DNA from: a virus
Direction: 5' to 3' (one strand)
Length of the DNA: 64,000 bases
IMG/VR virus record: IMGVR_UViG_3300027833_003138
Span: 1-64,000 of that record
A program made the position numbers and the translations under genes. Positions within the stretch are counted from its first letter, which is position 1; every line of letters starts with the position of its first letter. Below are positions 61,031-64,000 of this stretch, piece after piece. The notes beneath the pieces are model-generated. The model ran no database searches, had not been told where the DNA came from, and saw nothing but the letters and a program-made list of their open reading frames with translations.

Positions 61031-62715
61031 AATTGCCCTTCTAGTAGCAAAAACGAAATAATAGAAATTATTTTTAATTTTAAATCCAATTCAGATTGGG
61101 TTTTTGGTTCAGTAAATAAGCAGTTCATGTTGTCTTTTAAAATTTCTTCAACACCTTTTGCGTCTTTCATCCACAAATCTCCTGTCAATGCGTTAGATAC
61201 GGCTTGCCAAGCTACTCGCTTTACGAACCATGATTGATTCAACCTGCTAGGGTCAACAATATGACTTACCGTGCAATCTGGAGTATAAAGTGCAGAGTAT
61301 TTTTTTCTAATTTGCGTAACTGCCTGATCTTCTTCTCCACTAAGAAGCGTACTCGTTCCACCTTTGCGACCTAAGTGAGTACCAAATCCTCCAATTTCTT
61401 TAAGAGCCTGCAGTCTAAAACAAATATTCGCCCCTACTAGCCAAATAGGTTTATCATATTCATGCAAGAATACATCTCTATCTGAAAAATCGGCCATAGA
61501 AAGTTGCCCTAACTGATCATCACTCAACCATTCTGGTCTTTCTGCGATTTGCCAATCTGGAATAATTTTCCCCCCAACTACACCTATTGATGGGTTTTTG
61601 AATTTATTAACCATGTTTCGAATTAAATTCGAATCTACGATTGTATCGTCATCTACGAAATAGATTAAATCAGATTTTGATTCTTCTATACATGCATTTC
61701 TTGCGCCAGAGAGCCCGTCTGTTAATGTATGTATATATCTACAGTTGCTGATTGTTTTCGCAAGGCTGTACGCTTTATCGTATTCTTTTTTGCATTTAGC
61801 TATGTCTTCCACAGGCGTATTGTCTAATACTATAATCTCATATTCATCCATCAAGGCTGACTGATTTGACGCAGACTCTAGACACTTACGCAATAATTTA
61901 TGATTGTTGTATGTACAAATACATAAGCTTGTGGTTAAATTTTTATTCCAATACTCAAATGAAGGAGAATTGATTTCTTGGATAAGAGACTTGTATTCCA
62001 TATCATAATATGGCTTGTCTTTTTGAGTGTGTATGTTAGATTCTTTTTCTGCAGAATAACACAAATCTATACAAGGAAAAAAAGCGAAATCGAGACAAGT
62101 CTCCGCAGCATGCATGACGAACCTGTCTGCCGGCGCAGTGATGCTATTTTTCTTACCCCAATCGTATCTAGGGTTTTCTTCTTTGATCCTTAATAAGTGC
62201 TCTGATGGCTCTTTTATGAAATCAAAAGGAGAACAATGCCTAAATTTAAAACTATCCTGCACACAAGAGACTAATTTAACTGCTCCTTGATTTTTTAAAA
62301 TATACGCTTCAAGCCCGTCCCATCCTCTTGCCCCTAAGTGGATTAAATCTAATGATTCATCTATATCTGGATTCGTCATCAAATAATTTACTAAATCACT
62401 AATGACTATATCATCTTCGACGATAAGCGCACAATCTAAATCTTCATCGATAATCTTTTTCCAAGCGGAGTAGTGGCTTAAAAAGCATCCCGCTGCTCCC
62501 GCGCTCTGAGAAAAATATAATTTATAAAAAATACCAACAGGGTCTATCTTTAGTCCAAAATCATCGACAACGCTTAAATCTTTGCGAGTGTCAATTGCAT
62601 CTATTCTTTCTAGGCAATTTTTCATTTCATCTGGCAGAAGGGAAAATAAATTTTGAGCCTTTAACCAAGGCTGTGGATTATCTTCTAGATTTATAAAAAA
62701 TACTTTGAATTTCAT
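61027..62715 (-). CDS. GT25 plus GT2 fusion glycosyltransferase
   Basis: N: FINL, GCFLSHY..W, VEDD; C: ICTYNN, GLSGARN, FVDDD, GANICFR, GEED. Confidence 0.85.
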   Translation of the reverse strand: MKFKVFFINLEDNPQPWLKAQNLFSLLPDEMKNCLERIDAIDTRKDLSVVDDFGLKIDPVGIFYKLYFSQSAGAAGCFLSHYSAWKKIIDEDLDCALIVEDDIVISDLVNYLMTNPDIDESLDLIHLGARGWDGLEAYILKNQGAVKLVSCVQDSFKFRHCSPFDFIKEPSEHLLRIKEENPRYDWGKKNSITAPADRFVMHAAETCLDFAFFPCIDLCYSAEKESNIHTQKDKPYYDMEYKSLIQEINSPSFEYWNKNLTTSLCICTYNNHKLLRKCLESASNQSALMDEYEIIVLDNTPVEDIAKCKKEYDKAYSLAKTISNCRYIHTLTDGLSGARNACIEESKSDLIYFVDDDTIVDSNLIRNMVNKFKNPSIGVVGGKIIPDWQIAERPEWLSDDQLGQLSMADFSDRDVFLHEYDKPIWLVGANICFRLQALKEIGGFGTHLGRKGGTSTLLSGEEDQAVTQIRKKYSALYTPDCTVSHIVDPSRLNQSWFVKRVAWQAVSNALTGDLWMKDAKGVEEILKDNMNCLFTEPKTQSELDLKLKIISIISFLLLEGQL

Positions 62716-62945
62716 TGATTTTTAATTACACAAGCTTTATGCCTTTGTTTATCATATTCTTTAAGATATTCTGGCCAAAAAAAATAATAAGCTTCTCCGT
62801 CATCATTCTCTATTGCGGTTTTTAATTCGTGCTCGTAAACCTTTAACCAATTTCGTTTTTGAGGGTCGAATTCTGTTTCACTAATTTGAGGTTTGTGTTT
62901 ACTAACACAGCCTGTTAATATCAACAAAAAGCAAAAAAACCTCAC
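62712..62945 (-). CDS. Putative small lipoprotein
   Basis: LILTGC lipobox. Confidence 0.6.
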   Translation of the reverse strand: MRFFCFLLILTGCVSKHKPQISETEFDPQKRNWLKVYEHELKTAIENDDGEAYYFFWPEYLKEYDKQRHKACVIKNQ

Positions 62946-63290
62946 ATATAGTAGTACACTTTAATCCAGTAAATTCTTGAGTATGCCTATTTGTTTTTCA
63001 ACATCGGAAATTTCTTGCTGTATTTTTCGGGAATAATCTTTTGTTTTGTTTAATTGTTGAAGAATTCTTGTTGTCAGCTCAGACAGTTCTTCGGCTAATT
63101 TTAATAAAACTTTATCTTCTTTATTCATATGTGAGAGACTCCGATTTTACTTATCTTTTCCATTGAGCCTTTTAATTGTATTGTATAATCTATTATCTCT
63201 AAAATTTGTTTATTATGATTTTTTTCTTTTTTTGTTTTACTTTTGCAAAATCTATCGTAGACTTCGAATCTTATTTCGTTAATTTTCTGG

Positions 63291-63494
63291 TCAGTCATTA
63301 ATTGATATTCCCTTAGCTTCGCAATAAGCTACTGCGTAACCAGTCTTAAAGTTAAATCTTTCGGCAAACAAAACGAGCCCCATGATTACATAGGGCTCCC
63401 AAGTTAAAAATCCGAAATTAAGAAAAAGTATAAAACTAATTAAGAATAAAGGGCAGAACTTGTTGAGGGAATAATTTATTATTTCCTGTATCAC
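63291..63494 (-). CDS. Small membrane protein
   Basis: Two hydrophobic segments. Confidence 0.6.
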   Translation of the reverse strand: MIQEIINYSLNKFCPLFLISFILFLNFGFLTWEPYVIMGLVLFAERFNFKTGYAVAYCEAKGISIND

Positions 63495-63727
63495 GAAGCC
63501 CGCGTTAGGGAGACAATGCGATCATGCCTAAAAGAACGAATTTCGTTTCTGGCAAAGCAAAAAGCTTTGAAGCCGATGTTGTTGCGCTCTTCGCTTTTGT
63601 TTCCAAAAGACTCCGTTAGCTCTGGGCGACCGATTTCGTAAGTCTTAACTGCGTTGTCAGCATTTTTATAAACAATAAAGTATTTTTGATTTTTCATTTT
63701 TTTGATTTTTGATTTTAAGTTAAACAT
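63491..63727 (-). CDS. WYL-like (SH3-fold) small protein
   Basis: Y.N...K.Y.I...AFCFARNEIRSFRHDRI. Confidence 0.6.
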   Translation of the reverse strand: MFNLKSKIKKMKNQKYFIVYKNADNAVKTYEIGRPELTESFGNKSEERNNIGFKAFCFARNEIRSFRHDRIVSLTRAS

Positions 63728-63771
63728 GCTTGTATTATACTATATAATGGATTGTATGTCAAGGGAAAAAA

Positions 63772-64000
63772 TTAATTTCCTGTACTTCCGAATCCACCTT
63801 CTCCGCGATCTGTTTCGGATAGTTCATTAACCTCTTCTATGTCTACCCACGGAAGCTTCATTATAATTAATTGAGCTATCTTGTCTCCGTTTTTATATTT
63901 TTTTGAACCTAATGCGGGAACGCTCATTCTGATTTTGATTTCTCCTCTATAGCCAGAATCAATAACCCCGACGGAATTTCTAAGATAGTGATCCGTCTTT
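63772..64000 (-). CDS. dut: dUTPase (3' part)
   Basis: GVIDSGYRGEI, GDKIAQLII, RGEGGFGSTG. Confidence 0.93.
   Translation of the reverse strand, partial: KTDHYLRNSVGVIDSGYRGEIKIRMSVPALGSKKYKNGDKIAQLIIMKLPWVDIEEVNELSETDRGEGGFGSTGN

Noticed and set aside
44457-62715. Bacterial capsule locus or host contamination
   Set aside because: No wzx, wzy or kps export genes recognised; contiguous with phage genes and shares the phage GTGTA upstream motif

Overview
A 64-kb, AT-rich segment of a large lytic dsDNA phage, probably aquatic and jumbo or T4-superfamily-like. Marker genes are phoH, rIIA/rIIB, an ATP-dependent ligase, UvsE, a partial dUTPase and three tRNAs. No integrase, capsid or polymerase gene lies in the window. 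It has four parts. (1) 1-3.2 kb: leftward structural/late-type genes, a membrane-anchored subtilase and PhoH, ending at a G-quadruplex-type tract. (2) 3.3-15.2 kb: an early region of small-gene cassettes separated by eight copies of a composite DNA element, made of two 27-bp palindromes containing IHF-consensus half-sites at a 52-bp period. Three copies sit inside about 200-290-bp mosaic direct repeats carrying a promoter, two of them also a terminator. (3) 15-43 kb: leftward early/middle genes, many driven by sigma70-type promoters that place ATG 5-7 nt after the -10 box (leaderless mRNAs). Two non-canonical tRNA-like RNAs lie at about 10.2 kb and 16.4 kb. (4) 43.6-62.7 kb: a 19-kb glycan-sulfation island with an APS kinase fused to a HIGH-motif nucleotidyltransferase, seven sulfotransferase domains, about ten glycosyltransferase-like genes, methyltransferases and a pyruvyltransferase-like gene, with duplication scars of gene insertion. 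All function calls are from motif recognition by eye; no database search was run.
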